From assembly GCA_002269645.1 (NCBI GenBank), contig NIVC01001661.1, positions 190,131-254,130 on the forward strand: a stretch of 64,000 nucleotides of DNA. Direction: 5' to 3'. This DNA is from Macrostomum lignano (taxonomy: Eukaryota). Made by a program: the position numbers and the translations under genes. This document shows, piece by piece, positions 50,809-62,490 of this stretch (the stretch's first letter is position 1; each line of letters begins with the position of its first letter). The notes under the pieces are model-generated. The model made no database searches and had not been told where the DNA came from. It saw only the letters and a program-made list of their open reading frames with translations.

Positions 50809-50883
<75 letters not shown>

Positions 50884-50904
50884 CAGTTAGTTAGTTAGTT
50901 AGTC

Positions 50905-50945
<41 letters not shown>

Positions 50946-50984
50946 ATTAGTCAGTCAGTTAGTTAGTTATTTAGTTAATTAGTC

Positions 50985-51039
<55 letters not shown>

Positions 51040-51064
51040 CAGTTAGTTAGTTAGTTAGTTAGTC

Positions 51065-51109
<45 letters not shown>

Positions 51110-54100
51110 TCAATACGCTCGTAGTTTATTCGTCAGTTAGTTACTTAGTTCGTTTTAGCATAAAATACGTTAAAATTCGCAGCTTGCCTACTAACATCAA
51201 ACTGACAGTAGCATGATTAGCAGCTGTGTTCTATTCTATTTTAGAAAAAGAAACGGCCGCCAGGGAGCAGCGCCGCATGCCGCCGGTGGACTCGGCCAGC
51301 CAGGCGACCCTGCGTCGTCGCGTCGTCCAAGAAAAATTGGCCGCTTTTGTCGGCGCCGCCGCTGTTAAACTCGACGGCTTAAATTGCATCGCGGACGATC
51401 TCAGGCAGCTTGTTGACACGTTCAAGTGCGTGCTTTTAATTGTGTCCTCGCTGAGTGTGTTTAACTCCAGCGCTGTTTTAATAAGTGTATAAGCTTAGTC
51501 CGATCTGTTTGAACAATTCCTTCACAGGCTGACAAGCGGCAACATTGCTTTGGCCACGCCTGTGTGGGAGATCCTTGGCTGGCTCGTACTCATGCTGTGA
51601 GTAGCTTAAATAGCTCGATATACAAGTGGCCTAGCGAGAGAGCACCTGGCCTCTCTATCCATCTGTTTTTAATAAATATCTCACTTCTCTGAACTTCTTC
51701 AAGCTCTCTTAGCCTCAAACCGAATAGCTCGGAAGGCACCTGTGCTCTCTTTGCGGCCACTTGTTGCTCGCTTAATTTCATACTTGAGCTGGCGGCACTG
51801 CTGGGATCGGAGGGATTCTTCAGCTATTGAGAATTGCATTGCGCAATCTGATCACGGCTTGCTGTTGCTGCTTTTTAGAGTCCTAAATCTTTCTTAATCT
51901 GTGTTTTGTTTTGCTTGCTGTTGCCCCAGATCCTCAGTTGCTGGGCCAGCCTCACAGATCCTCAGTTGCTGGACCAGCCTCCAAGATCCTCAGTTGCTGG
52001 GCCAGCCTCCAAGATCCTCAGTTGCTGGGCCAGCCTCCAAGATCCTCAGTTGCTGATCCAGCCTCCCAGATCCTCAGTTGCAGGACCAGCCTCCCAGATC
52101 CTCAGTTGCAGGACCAGCCTCCCAGATCCTCAGTTACTGGACCAGCCTCCCAGATCCTCAGTTGCTGGGCCAGCCTCCAAGATCCTCAGTTGCTGGGCCA
52201 GCCTCCAAGATCCTCAGTTGCTGGGCCAGCCTCCAAGATCCTCAGTTGCTGATCCAGCCTCCCAGATCCTCAGTTGCTGGACCAGCCTCCCAGATCCTCA
52301 GTTGCTGGGCCAGCCTCCCAGATCCTCAGTTGCAGGACCAGCCTCCAAGATCCTCAGTTGCTGGGCCAGCCTCCAAGATCCTCAGTTGCTGATCCAGCCT
52401 CCCAGATCCTCAGTTGCAGGACCAGCCTCCCAGATCCTCAGTTGCTGGGCCAGCTTCCCAGAGTGTCAGTTGCTGGATCAGCCTCCCAGATCCTCAGTTG
52501 CTGGACCAGCCTCCCAGATCCTCAGTTGCTGGGCCAGCCTCCCAGATCCTCAGTTGCTGGGCCAGCCTCCAAGATCCTCAGTTGCTGGGCCAGCCTCCCA
52601 GATCCTCAGTTGCTGGGCCAGCCTCCAAGATCCTCAGTTGCTGATCCAGCCTCCCAGATCCTCAGTTGCAGGACCAGCCTCCCAGATCCTCAGTTGCAGG
52701 ATCACCCTCCCAGATCCTCAGTTGCTGGACCAGCCTCCCAGATCATCAGTTGCAGGACCAGCCTCCAAGATCCTCAGTTGCTGGGCCAGCCTCCAAGATC
52801 CTCAGTTGCTGATCCAGCCTCCCAGATCCTCAGTTGCAGGACCAGCCTCCCAGATCCTCAGTTGCTGGGCCAGCTTCCCAGAGTGTCAGTTGCTGGATCA
52901 GCCTCCCAGATCCTCAGTTGCTGGACCAGCCTCACAGATCCTCAGTTGCTGGACCAGCCTCCAAGATCCTCAGTTGCTGGGCCAGCCTCCAAGATCCTCA
53001 GTTGCTGGGCCAGCCTCCAAGATCCTCAGTTGCTGATCCAGCCTCCCAGATCCTCAGTTGCAGGACCAGCCTCCCAGATCCTCAGTTGCAGGACCAGCCT
53101 CCCAGATCCTCAGTTACTGGACCAGCCTCCCAGATCCTCAGTTGCTGGGCCAGCCTCCAAGATCCTCAGTTGCTGGGCCAGCCTCCAAGATCCTCAGTTG
53201 CTGGGCCAGCCTCCAAGATCCTCAGTTGCTGATCCAGCCTCCCAGATCCTCAGTTGCAGGACCAGCCTCCCAGATCCTCAGTTGCTGGGCCAGCCTCCCA
53301 GATCCTCAGTTGCAGGACCAGCCTCCAAGATCCTCAGTTGCTGGGCCAGCCTCCAAGATCCTCAGTTGCTGATCCAGCCTCCCAGATCCTCAGTTGCAGG
53401 ACCAGCCTCCCAGATCCTCAGTTGCTGGGCCAGCTTCCCAGAGTGTCAGTTGCTGGATCAGCCTCCCAGATCCTCAGTTGCTGGACCAGCCTCCCAGATC
53501 CTCAGTTGCTGGGCCAGCCTCCCAGATCCTCAGTTGCTGGGCCAGCCTCCAAGATCCTCAGTTGCTGGGCCAGCCTCCCAGATCCTCAGTTGCTGGGCCA
53601 GCCTCCAAGATCCTCAGTTGCTGATCCAGCCTCCCAGATCCTCAGTTGCAGGACCAGCCTCCCACATCCTCAGTTGCAGGATCACCCTCCCAGATCCTCA
53701 GTTGCTGGACCAGCCTCCCAGATCATCAGTTGCAGGACCAGCCTCCAAGATCCTCAGTTGCTGGGCCAGCCTCCAAGATCCTCAGTTGCTGATCCAGCCT
53801 CCCAGATCCTCAGTTGCAGGACCAGCCTCCCAGATCCTCAGTTGCTGGGCCAGCTTCCCAGAGTGTCAGTTGCTGGATCAGCCTCCCAGATCCTCAGTTG
53901 CTGGACCAGCCTCCCAGATCCTCAGTTGCTGGGCCAGCCTCCCAGATCCTCAGTTGCTGGGCCAGCCTCCAAGATCCTCAGTTGCTGGGCCAGCCTCCCA
54001 GATCCTCAGTTGCTGGGCCAGCCTCCAAGATCCTCAGTTGCTGATCCAGCCTCCCAGATCCTCAGTTGCAGGACCAGCCTCCCAGATCCTCAGTTGCAGG

Positions 54101-54822
54101 ATCACCCTCCCAGATCCTCAGTTGCTGGACCAGCCTCCCAGATCATCAGTTGCTGGACCAGCCTCCCAGATCCTCAGTTGCTGGGCCAGCCTCCAAGATC
54201 CTCAGTTGCTGGGCTAGCCTCCCAGATCTTCAGTTGCTGGGCCAGCCTCCCAGATCCTCAGTTGCAGGACCAGCCTCCCAGATCCTCAGTTGCTGGGCCA
54301 GACTCCCAGATCCTCAGTTACTGGGCCAGCATCCCAGATCCTCAGTTACTGGGCCAGCCTCCCAGATCCTCAGTTGCTGGGCCAGCCTCCCAGATCCTCA
54401 GTTGCAGGACCACCATCCCAGATCCTCAGTTGCTGGGCCAGCCTCCCAGATCCTCAGTTGCTGGGCCAGCCTCCCAGATCCTCAGTTGCTGGGCCAGACT
54501 CCCAGATCCTCAGTTGCTGGGCCAGCCTCTCAAATCTTCATCCTGGTCCATACCATGCACTTAGTCGGAGCCAAACCAAGCCAACCATTCAACAATTGAA
54601 TTCTCAGCTCATCTATGAAACTGTTATGCTATTCTCCGAATTAAGAATCCAGCTATAATATCGTATCCCTGCGGCTTCCTCTATATCAACCAGGTGCAAG
54701 ATCTACTCGAAGCGCTGGCCCAGTGTCAAAAAAAACTGTTAACATTCGGGGTAAATACAAATGCTCGTGCTCAACTAGCTGAGCACAGGGAAAGTGTGAG
54801 AAAAGCTCTGTTAAAAACCTGA
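47639..54822 (+). CDS. RPAP2: RNA polymerase II CTD phosphatase RPAP2/Rtr1 (exons 47639-47866, 48252-48426, 48773-49421, 51245-51425, 51528-51596; last exon tentatively 54694-54822)
   Basis: Rtr1 Zn-finger motifs HYLDAVTERNLTNSCGFPLC, RYRII..TRRVYDVTRRK|CYCSDACF and ETPLWLR. C-terminal LRQLVDTFK|LTSGNIAL..PVWEIL. Exon 2 needs two single-base insertions to stay in frame. The final exon is uncertain. Confidence 0.85.
48476..48732. repeat. 15-bp minisatellite in RPAP2 intron 2
   Basis: Unit TCAGGTAGTCAAATG. Confidence 0.95.
49480..51110. repeat. (AGTT)n/(AGTC)n microsatellite split by a solo LTR
   Basis: Arrays at 49480-49973 and 50810-51110. Confidence 0.95.
49974..50809 (-). mobile_element. 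Solo LTR, family B (836 bp)
   Basis: TGTGATG...CATGACA termini (1 mismatch) flanked by GTTA on both sides. GC boxes and CCAAT boxes at the right end, and a minus-strand TATTTATT near 50420, suggest minus orientation. Confidence 0.75.
51925..54530. repeat. 28-bp minisatellite (~93 units) with higher-order repeats
   Basis: Unit CAGATCCTCAGTTGCTGGGCCAGCCTCC. The variant CTTCCCAGAGTGTC recurs at ~52451, 52871, 53431 and 53851. Confidence 0.97.
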
Positions 54823-55679
54823 AATTAGAAGAGTCTTTTTATGAAGACAAACACCCGCCCGAAGTAGGGAGGCTTAGGCTCTACCGTTTTCCTCTCTTTT
54901 TTTCAATCTATTCTCAAGCTCAATACCGCAGTCACAGCCCCCCCCCCCCTAGGTCAACATGAGTTATTCTTCTAACTTCTCATTCGTGTCGGCCTGCTGT
55001 TTACCCTGGCAGGCCTTCGACGCGGGGAGTGGGGGGTTGGTTGGGTGTGCAGTTAAAGGTGTCAATGCTGTCTTGTTAACTTATCCCAACAGTTCACTTA
55101 AACCTATAATAGTATTGTGCGTGTGTTTGTGTTGCTCAATTCATATGTGTATATTCTTTAGTCTAAGCGGCAGATCTGAAAGAATTGCTTGGATATGTGC
55201 TTTCCTGTTCCAAAATCGAGTGAGAACGTTTTCCCTTAATTTCTCATTCTTCCCAAAAGCTAGAAGGGCCCGATTGTGTCAAGTGGGAAGAAAGTGAGAT
55301 CTTCTATTGGCGCAATCGCACCTGCTTTCGCTTTCAGTCTGGCAGCTTTGCCCCTCTACTGTATGTTTGATTAGAAGAGGGGCTGGGCTGTCTGGCACAC
55401 GCAATAATAGTGTACCTTGAGCGCGTGTCCCTGCTATGACGCTGTGCGCGTGTTCAAGATGTGTTTGAGCTGGCACCTGGGCCTGTCTATATACTCACAT
55501 GCTGTAATATCTTGTTCTGTTCCGCTGAAGGAGTTTGCGTTGAGTCTCAATACTGGACATTTGATAGGCCTGATGGCGCGTGGATTCTTGCTTCTTTATC
55601 TTTTGCATTATACTTTTCGTTACTTTTCTTTTTACTGATAAGTACAAATTGTTTTATTCGAAACATTTTATTATGTCCC

Positions 55680-56577
55680 TTAGTCCTCAGTCCCCAGTCC
55701 CCAGTCCTTCAGTCCTTCAGTCCCCAGTCCTTCAGTCCTTCAGTCCCCAGTCCTTCAGTCCCCAGTCCTTCAGTCCCCAGTCCTTCAGTCCCCAGTCCTT
55801 CAGTCCCCAGTCCTTCAGTCCCCAGTCCTTCAGTCCCCAGTCCTTCAGTCCCCAGTCCTTCAGTCCCCAGTCCTTCAGTCCCCAGTCCTTCAGTCCCCAG
55901 TCCTTCAGTCCCCAGTCCTTCAGTCCCCAGTCCTTCAGTCCCCAGTCCCCATTCCTTCAGTCTCCAGTCCCCATTCCTTCACTCCCCAGTCCCCAGTCCT
56001 TCAGTCCCCAGTCCTTCAGTCCCCAGTCCTTCAGTCCCCAGTCCTTCAGTCCCCAGTCCTTCAGTCCCCAGTCCTTCAGTCCCCAGTCCTTCAGTCCCCA
56101 GTCCTTCAGTCCCCAGTCCCCATTCCTTCAGTCTCCAGTCCCCATTCCTTCACTCCCCAGTCCCCAGTCCTTCAGTCCCCAGTCCTTCAGTCCCCAGTCC
56201 TTCAGTCCCCAGTCCTTCAGTCCCCAGTCCTTCAGTCCCCAGTCCTTCAGTCCCCAGTCCTTCAGTCCCCAGTCCTTCAGTCCCCAGTCCTTCAGTCCCC
56301 AGTCCCCATTCCTTCACTCCCCAGTCCCCAGTCCTTCAGTCCCCAGTCCTTCAGTCCCCAGTCCTTCAGTCCCCAGTCCTTCAGTCCCCAGTCCTTCAGT
56401 CCCCAGTCCTTCAGTCCCCAGTCCTTCAGTCCCCAGTCCTTCAGTCCCCAGTCCTTCAGTCCCCAGTCCTTCAGTCCCCAGTCCTTCAGTCCCCAGTCCT
56501 TCAGTCCTTCAGTCCCCAGTCCCCATTCCTTCAGTCCCCAGTCCTTCAGTCCTTCAGTCCCCAGTCCCCAGTCCAGT
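55680..56577. repeat. 15-bp minisatellite
   Basis: Unit CAGTCCCCAGTCCTT. Confidence 0.97.
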
Positions 56578-58129
56578 CTGACATTCTTTCAGTCTGCCCC
56601 CCAGCCTGTTAATCTCACTTTGCAGATTAAGAACATGCAAGACCATTTCGGACAGAGGCCTCTGTTTGCCAACTTTTTTCGTTTAGGATAAATCCCTTTT
56701 CTCTGCTCTACTTGATTTCGCTTCTTCTTGTAGCAGCAGACGACAGGCTGAAGCAGCGCATATGTTCGCTAGTTTTTTCGCTGAATGAGCAGCCTGTTTG
56801 CATTGGGGACAGAGACGGACGGGAGGGCCTCAAAGTCTTCTTTATAATAGTGTAATATTTAGCTGCATGCAATTCCCATAAATTGGGAAGGATATATCAC
56901 TACTAAGACCAATCTGTAAGAGCGCTCAAGTTTGCAAAAAAGGGTCCTTCTGCTTCAGGCCCGACAGACAATCCTGAAGTGTCCCCATATGCTTGCTGTT
57001 GACACATTTTTAAAGCAGTTTTTTTTATATTCCTGCAAGCCTGAGCGATTAGCAAGGTGTTTGCTTTTGCGCTTCTGCCCTTCTGGAGGGAGGGGGGTTG
57101 CCATTATCTTGATTGTTAACCTTGATTTTTTGCAGACAATCAGCTAAGCAGTGCAGCGCGAATCGGAATCTTAAGAGGTCATTGCGGGACGGGGGGAGCA
57201 TCGCCCTTGTGCATTGTGCGTGTCCACTTCAGGCAATGCTTCTGCAGATTTTTGCTGCGTCTGTTGCTGCTTTCGCATCTCTTCAAGCCGGATAGAGTGG
57301 GAATCGTTTCTGCTTTTGCTGTTGCTGCGTGTGTTTTGTGAAACAAAAACAAAATCGATCGCGGAACCTCCCGACAGAATCAGGTGCTGCGTCCCCCTGC
57401 CCCGATTTCCTCTCTTGTCCTTGCTTTCTTTCTGCTTCTAGATTCCCAGCAGTTGATTCTCTGATTTCTAATCCTTGTTGCTATTCCTTCTAGAAGCAGC
57501 AGCAGCAGCAGCAGCGTCTCCTTGACGGAAGTGAGAAGAGGGGTTAAAAACCAACCTAAGCCGCGCACACAGATTATGCATTGTTAGGAGAAATAGGGGC
57601 GGTTTGCGCGTGTCTCTGTGTATGTGTGTGTGTGTGTTTTGCTAGACCAATTTTGAACAAATACGGACCATCAAACCCCGCCTGCAGATGCTTTTTAGCT
57701 CCCGATTCCCATCTCCATTTCCTGTCTCATTTTTGCCGCTTAGATTCCTAATACCTTTCTCAATCAAATATAAGCTACTGCCTGTATCACCCCCGCTTTC
57801 CCCTAAAATTCGTTGTGGAAGGTCCAGGCTTCCTGTGTTGTCTCTATATAAATTTGTATGTGTATGTATGCGTGTGTAAGTCTGTGTCTTTCTCAATCTT
57901 TTGCAGGCAAATATGAATTCCAGTTCGGTTTAAAACTGTGGAAACGTCTGGGATACGACTGGCCCGCGACTCAAATTTTGGGAGTGTGGGAGGTTTGGGA
58001 AATTGAGTCAGATAATTCTCGGGTGATAATCCTTATTTTCTTCAGAAATGTTTCATCTGCCGAGGTTCTAATGCGGCTTTGCTGTCCTTTGGTTTGCGAT
58101 TTTATAACTTGGGTGTGGGAATGGGAGGG

Positions 58130-59065
58130 CGATGCAGGGAGAGAAATTTATTGATCAGGGGGAAATGAAGGGGAGATGGTGAGATGCAGGGCGACAAGGA
58201 GAAATGGAGGCATGTAGAGAGAAAGGGAGAGAGGCAGAGATGCAGGCAGAGTGGAAGAGATGCAAGGAGAGAGGCAGAGATGCAGGGAGAGAGGCAGAGA
58301 TGCAGGCAGAGTGGAAGAGATGCAAGAAGAGAGGCAGAGATGCAGGGAGAGAGGCAGAGATGCAGGGAGAGAGGCAGAGATGCAGGGAGAGGCAGAGATG
58401 CAAGGAGAGAGGCAGAGATGCAGGGAGAGAGGAAGAGATGCAGGCAGAGTGGAAGAGATGCAAGGAGAGAGGCAGAGATGCAGGCAGAGTGGAAGAGATA
58501 CAGGGAGAGAGGAAGAGATGCAGGGAGAGAGGCAGAGATGCAGGGAGAGAGGCAGAGATGCAGGGAGAGAGGAAGATGCAGGGAGAGAAGCAGAGATGAA
58601 GGGAGAGAGGAGATATGCAGGGAGAGAGGAAGAGATGCAGGGAGAGAAGCAGAGATGCAGGGAGAGAGGGAGAGATGCAGGCAGAGTGGAAGAGATGCAA
58701 GGAGAGAGACGGAGATGCAGGGAGAGAGGCAGAGATGCAGGTAGAGAGGCGGAGATGCAGGGAGAGGGGAAAAGATGCAGGGAGAGAGAAGAGATGCAAG
58801 GAGAGAGGAAGAGATGCAGGGAGAGAGGAAGAGATGCAGGGAGAGAGGAAGAGATGCAGGGAGAGAGGAAGAGATGCAGGGAGAGAGGAAGAGATGCAGG
58901 GAGAGAGGAAGAGATGCAGGCAGAGTGGAAGAGATGCATGGAGAGAGGAAGATGCAGGGAGAGAGGCAGAGATGCAGGGAGAGGAAGAGATGCAGCGGGA
59001 GAGGAAGAGATGCAGGGAGAGAGGAAGAGATGCAGGGAGAGAGGCAGGGAGAGGTAGAGGCTGAG
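58130..59065. repeat. ~20-bp purine-rich minisatellite
   Basis: Unit GAGATGCAGGGAGAGAGG(C/A)A. Confidence 0.95.
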
Positions 59066-59951
59066 AAGCCAATCTCGCTGCCCTGTCAATCATGGGAACT
59101 GTCAATATATTCTGGTCATAATTAGTTAAGTTATTTTTCAAGTCGCAATACGAAGCAGAATGATAATTTCATATAATTTGTATCAATAGGAATCAATGGC
59201 AGCAGGCAGACAAACACAATGGCTGCATGCTCACTCTATGAGTTGAATTGGCCTTATGCTCAGTTGCTACAGAAGCCAAGAGCAGTCTGTGTAATATATG
59301 CGCCACTGTATATATTAGCCGGGGTTACAAGTCGGCCTTCAAGTGGGTTAGTTTGGTGGTTGCGGATAACTGAAACGCCACTTCAATTCTGTAATTCTCC
59401 GCTCGAAAACTTATAGAAAAGAGAACAAGAGGGTCTCCTGGCTGCCGTGTTGAAGTATTTTTTATTATTGTTCTATCGCCTCCTTCTCGGGTGATCGTGT
59501 TGAAGTGTTATCGCTTGAAAGTGTCGCTAAGGCCTTCCGGGACTGACTGCCGGCGTCTCATCAACCAGATGGCTTGGACCGGCGTCTCTTAGAGCTCTTC
59601 AGGGTATCTTGCTGCAGCGTCTGCTGTCTAGCTGTGTGTGTGTCTGCGCTTATTTCTGATTTTTCACCTAACCTAATAAAACCCACACCTTGACATCCCA
59701 GATGGGACGCCTGTTATGTGATTCGATAGCTACTGTATCCATTAAAATAGCCTAAATGCCTGCTTGAATATTGATAGTAGAAGTCTTAGAAGTCTTCTCG
59801 TTATGTTGTCGAGGCCTACTCGTATATATACTCGTAACTATACATACAATAGAACGACACTTTCGGCACCTGTGTTTAAGGCGCTGTGTCTGCCTGTAGA
59901 ACCATGAAAAATTTGCTGAGACGTTTGCGGCTGCAAATGAGAATGGACAGC

Positions 59952-62490
59952 TGAGGGGGAGAGGGAGAGGCTGAGAGGGAAAAGGAGAGGCTGAGAGGGT
60001 AAAGGAGAGGCTGAGAGGGAAAAGGAGCGGCTGAGAGGGAAAAGGAGCGGCTGAGAGGGAGAGGCGCTGAGGGAAAGGGAGATTCTGAGAGGGAGATGCT
60101 GAGAGGGAAAGGGAGAGACTAAGAGGGAGAGGCTGAGGGAAAGGGAGAGGCTAAGAGGGAGAGGCTGAGGGAAAGGGAGAGACTAAGAGGGAAAAAAAGA
60201 TTCTGAGATGGAAAGGAGAGGCTGAGAGGGAGAGGCTAAGAGGGAGAGGCTAAGGGAAAGAAAGATTCTGAGATGAAAAGGGAGAGGCTGAGAGGGAAAG
60301 GGAGAGGCTGAGAGGGAAAAGGAGAGGCTGAGAGGGAAAAGGAGAGGCTGAGAGGGAAAGGGAGAGGCTGAGAGGGAAAAGGAGAGGCTGAGAGGGAAAA
60401 GGAGAGGCTGAGAGGGAAAGGGAGAGGCTGAGAGGGTAAAGGAGAGGCTGAGAGGGAAAAGGAGAGGCTGAGAGGGAAAAGGAGAGGCTGAGAGGGAAAA
60501 GGAGAGGCTGAGAGGGAAAAGGAGAGGCTGAGAGGGAAAAGGAGAGGCTGAGAGGGAAAAGGAGAGGCTGAGAGGGAAAAGGAGAGGCTGAGAGGGTAAA
60601 GGAGAGGCTGAGAGGGAAAAGGAGAGGCGCTGAGGGAAAGGGAGATTCTGAGAGGGAGACGCTGAGAGGGAAAGGGAAAGGGAGACGCTGAGAGGGAAAG
60701 GGAAAGGGAGAGGCTGAGAGGGAGAGGGAGAGGCGCTGAGGGAAAGGGAGATTCTGAGAGGGAGACGCTGAGAGGGAAAGGGAGAGGCTGAGAGGGAGAG
60801 GGAGAGGCGCTGAGGGAAAGGGAGATTCTGAGAGGGAAAGGGAGAGACTAAGAGGGAGAGGCTGAGGGAAAGGGAGAGGCTAAGAGGGAGAGGCTGAGGG
60901 AAAGGGAGAGACTAAGAGGGAAAAAAAGATTCTGAGATGGAAAGGAGAGGCTGAGAGGGAGAGGCTAAGAGGGAGAGGCTAAGGAAAGAAAGATTCTGAG
61001 ATGAAAAGGAGAGGCTGAGAGGGAAAAGGAGAGGCTGAGAGGGAAAAGGAGAGGCTGAGAGGGTAAAGGAGAGGCTGAGAGGGAAAAGGAGAGGCTGAGA
61101 GGGAAAAGGAGAGGCTGAGAGGGAAAAGGAGAGGCTGAGAGGGAAAAGGAGAGGCTGAGAGGGTAAAGGAGAGGCTGAGAGGGAAAAGGAGAGGCTGAGA
61201 GGGTAAAGGAGAGGCTGAGAGGGAAAAGGAGAGGCTGAGAGGGTAAAGGAGAGGCTGAGAGGGTAAAGGAGAGGCTGAGAGGGAAAAGGAGAGGCTGAGA
61301 GGGAAAAGGAGAGGCTGAGAGGGAAAAGGAGAGGCTGAGAGGGTAAAGGAGAGGCTGAGAGGGAAAAGGAGAGGCGCTGAGGGAAAGGGAGATTCTGAGA
61401 GGGAGATGCTGAGAGGGAAAGGGAAAGGGAGACGCTGAGAGGAAAGGGAAAGGGAGACGCTGAGAGGGAAAGGGAAAGGGAGAGGCTGAGAGGGAGAGGG
61501 AGAGGCGCTGAGGGAAAGGGAGATTCCGAGAGGGAGACGCTGAGAGGGAAAGGGAAAGGGAGAGGCTGAGAGGGAGAGGCGCTGAGGGAAAGGGAGATTC
61601 TGAGAGGGAGACGCTGAGAGGGAAAGGGAAAGGGAGAGGCTGAGAGGGAGAGGGAAAGGGAAAGGGAGAGGCTGAGAGGGAAAGGGAAAGAGAGAGGCTG
61701 AGATGGAAAGGGAGAGGCTGAGATGGAAAGGGAGAGGCTGAGAGGGAAAGGGAGAGGCTGAGAGGGAAAGGGAAAGGGAGAGGCTGAGATGGAAAGGGAG
61801 AGGCTGAGATGGAAAGGGAGAGGCTGAGATGGAAAGGGAGAGGCGAGAGGGAAAAGGAAAGGGAGAGGCTGAGAGGGAAAAGGAAATGGAGAGGTTAAGA
61901 GGGAGAGGAGAGGCTGAGAGGGAAAGGAGAGGCGAGAGGGAAAGGGAAATGGAGAGGTTAAGAGGGAGAGGTAGAGGCTGAGAGGGAAAGGGAGAGGCGA
62001 GAGGGAAAAGGAAATGGAGAGGTTAAGAGGGAGAGGGAGAGGCTGAGAGGGAAAGGGAGAGGCGAGATGGAAAAGGAAAGGGAGAGGCTAAGAGGGAAAG
62101 GGAGAGGCGAGAGGGAAAAGGAAATGGAGAGGCTAAGAGGGAAAGGGAGAGGCGAGAGGGAAAAGGAAATGGAGAGGTTAAGAGGGAGAGGCTGAGAGGG
62201 AAAGGGAGAGGCTGAGAGGGAAAGGGAGAAGCTGAGAGAGAGAGAGAGGAGAGGCTGAGAGGGAAAGGGAGAGGCGAGAGGGAAAAGGAAAGGGAGAGGC
62301 TGAGGGAAAGGGAGAAGCTGAGAGAGAGAGAGGGAATGGGAAGGCTGAGAGGGAAAGGGAAAGGGAGAGGCTGAGAGAGAGAGGGAGAGGCTGAGAGGGA
62401 AAGGGAGAGACTGAGAGGGAAAGGGAGAGGCTGAGAGGGAAAGGGAGAGGCTAAGAGGGAGAGGCTGACAGGGAGGAAGGAGGGAAGAGA
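59952..62490. repeat. ~20-bp purine-rich minisatellite, 2.5 kb
   Basis: Unit GGAGAGGCTGAGAGGGAAAA and variants. Confidence 0.95.

Noticed and set aside
51728-51830. Alternative RPAP2 last exon (LSEGTCALFAATCC...)
   Set aside because: Phase-compatible, but it has a poor acceptor context. The 54694 exon is preferred, though neither is proven.
51906-54599. Long ORFs of 376-647 aa
   Set aside because: They are translations of a 28-bp tandem repeat, open in several frames at once, and most start at non-ATG codons.
55461-56612. Pro/Ser-rich ORFs (PSPSV)n and (SPQSF)n
   Set aside because: 15-bp minisatellite read-through with no credible unique coding flanks.
58148-59141. Multiple 130-330-aa ORFs on both strands
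   Set aside because: Artefacts of a stop-free purine-rich repeat.
59570-59612. Hammerhead-like CUGAAGA-GCUC-UAA-GAG..AC-GCCG-GUC on the minus strand
   Set aside because: It lacks the GAAA core entirely and helix I does not pair.
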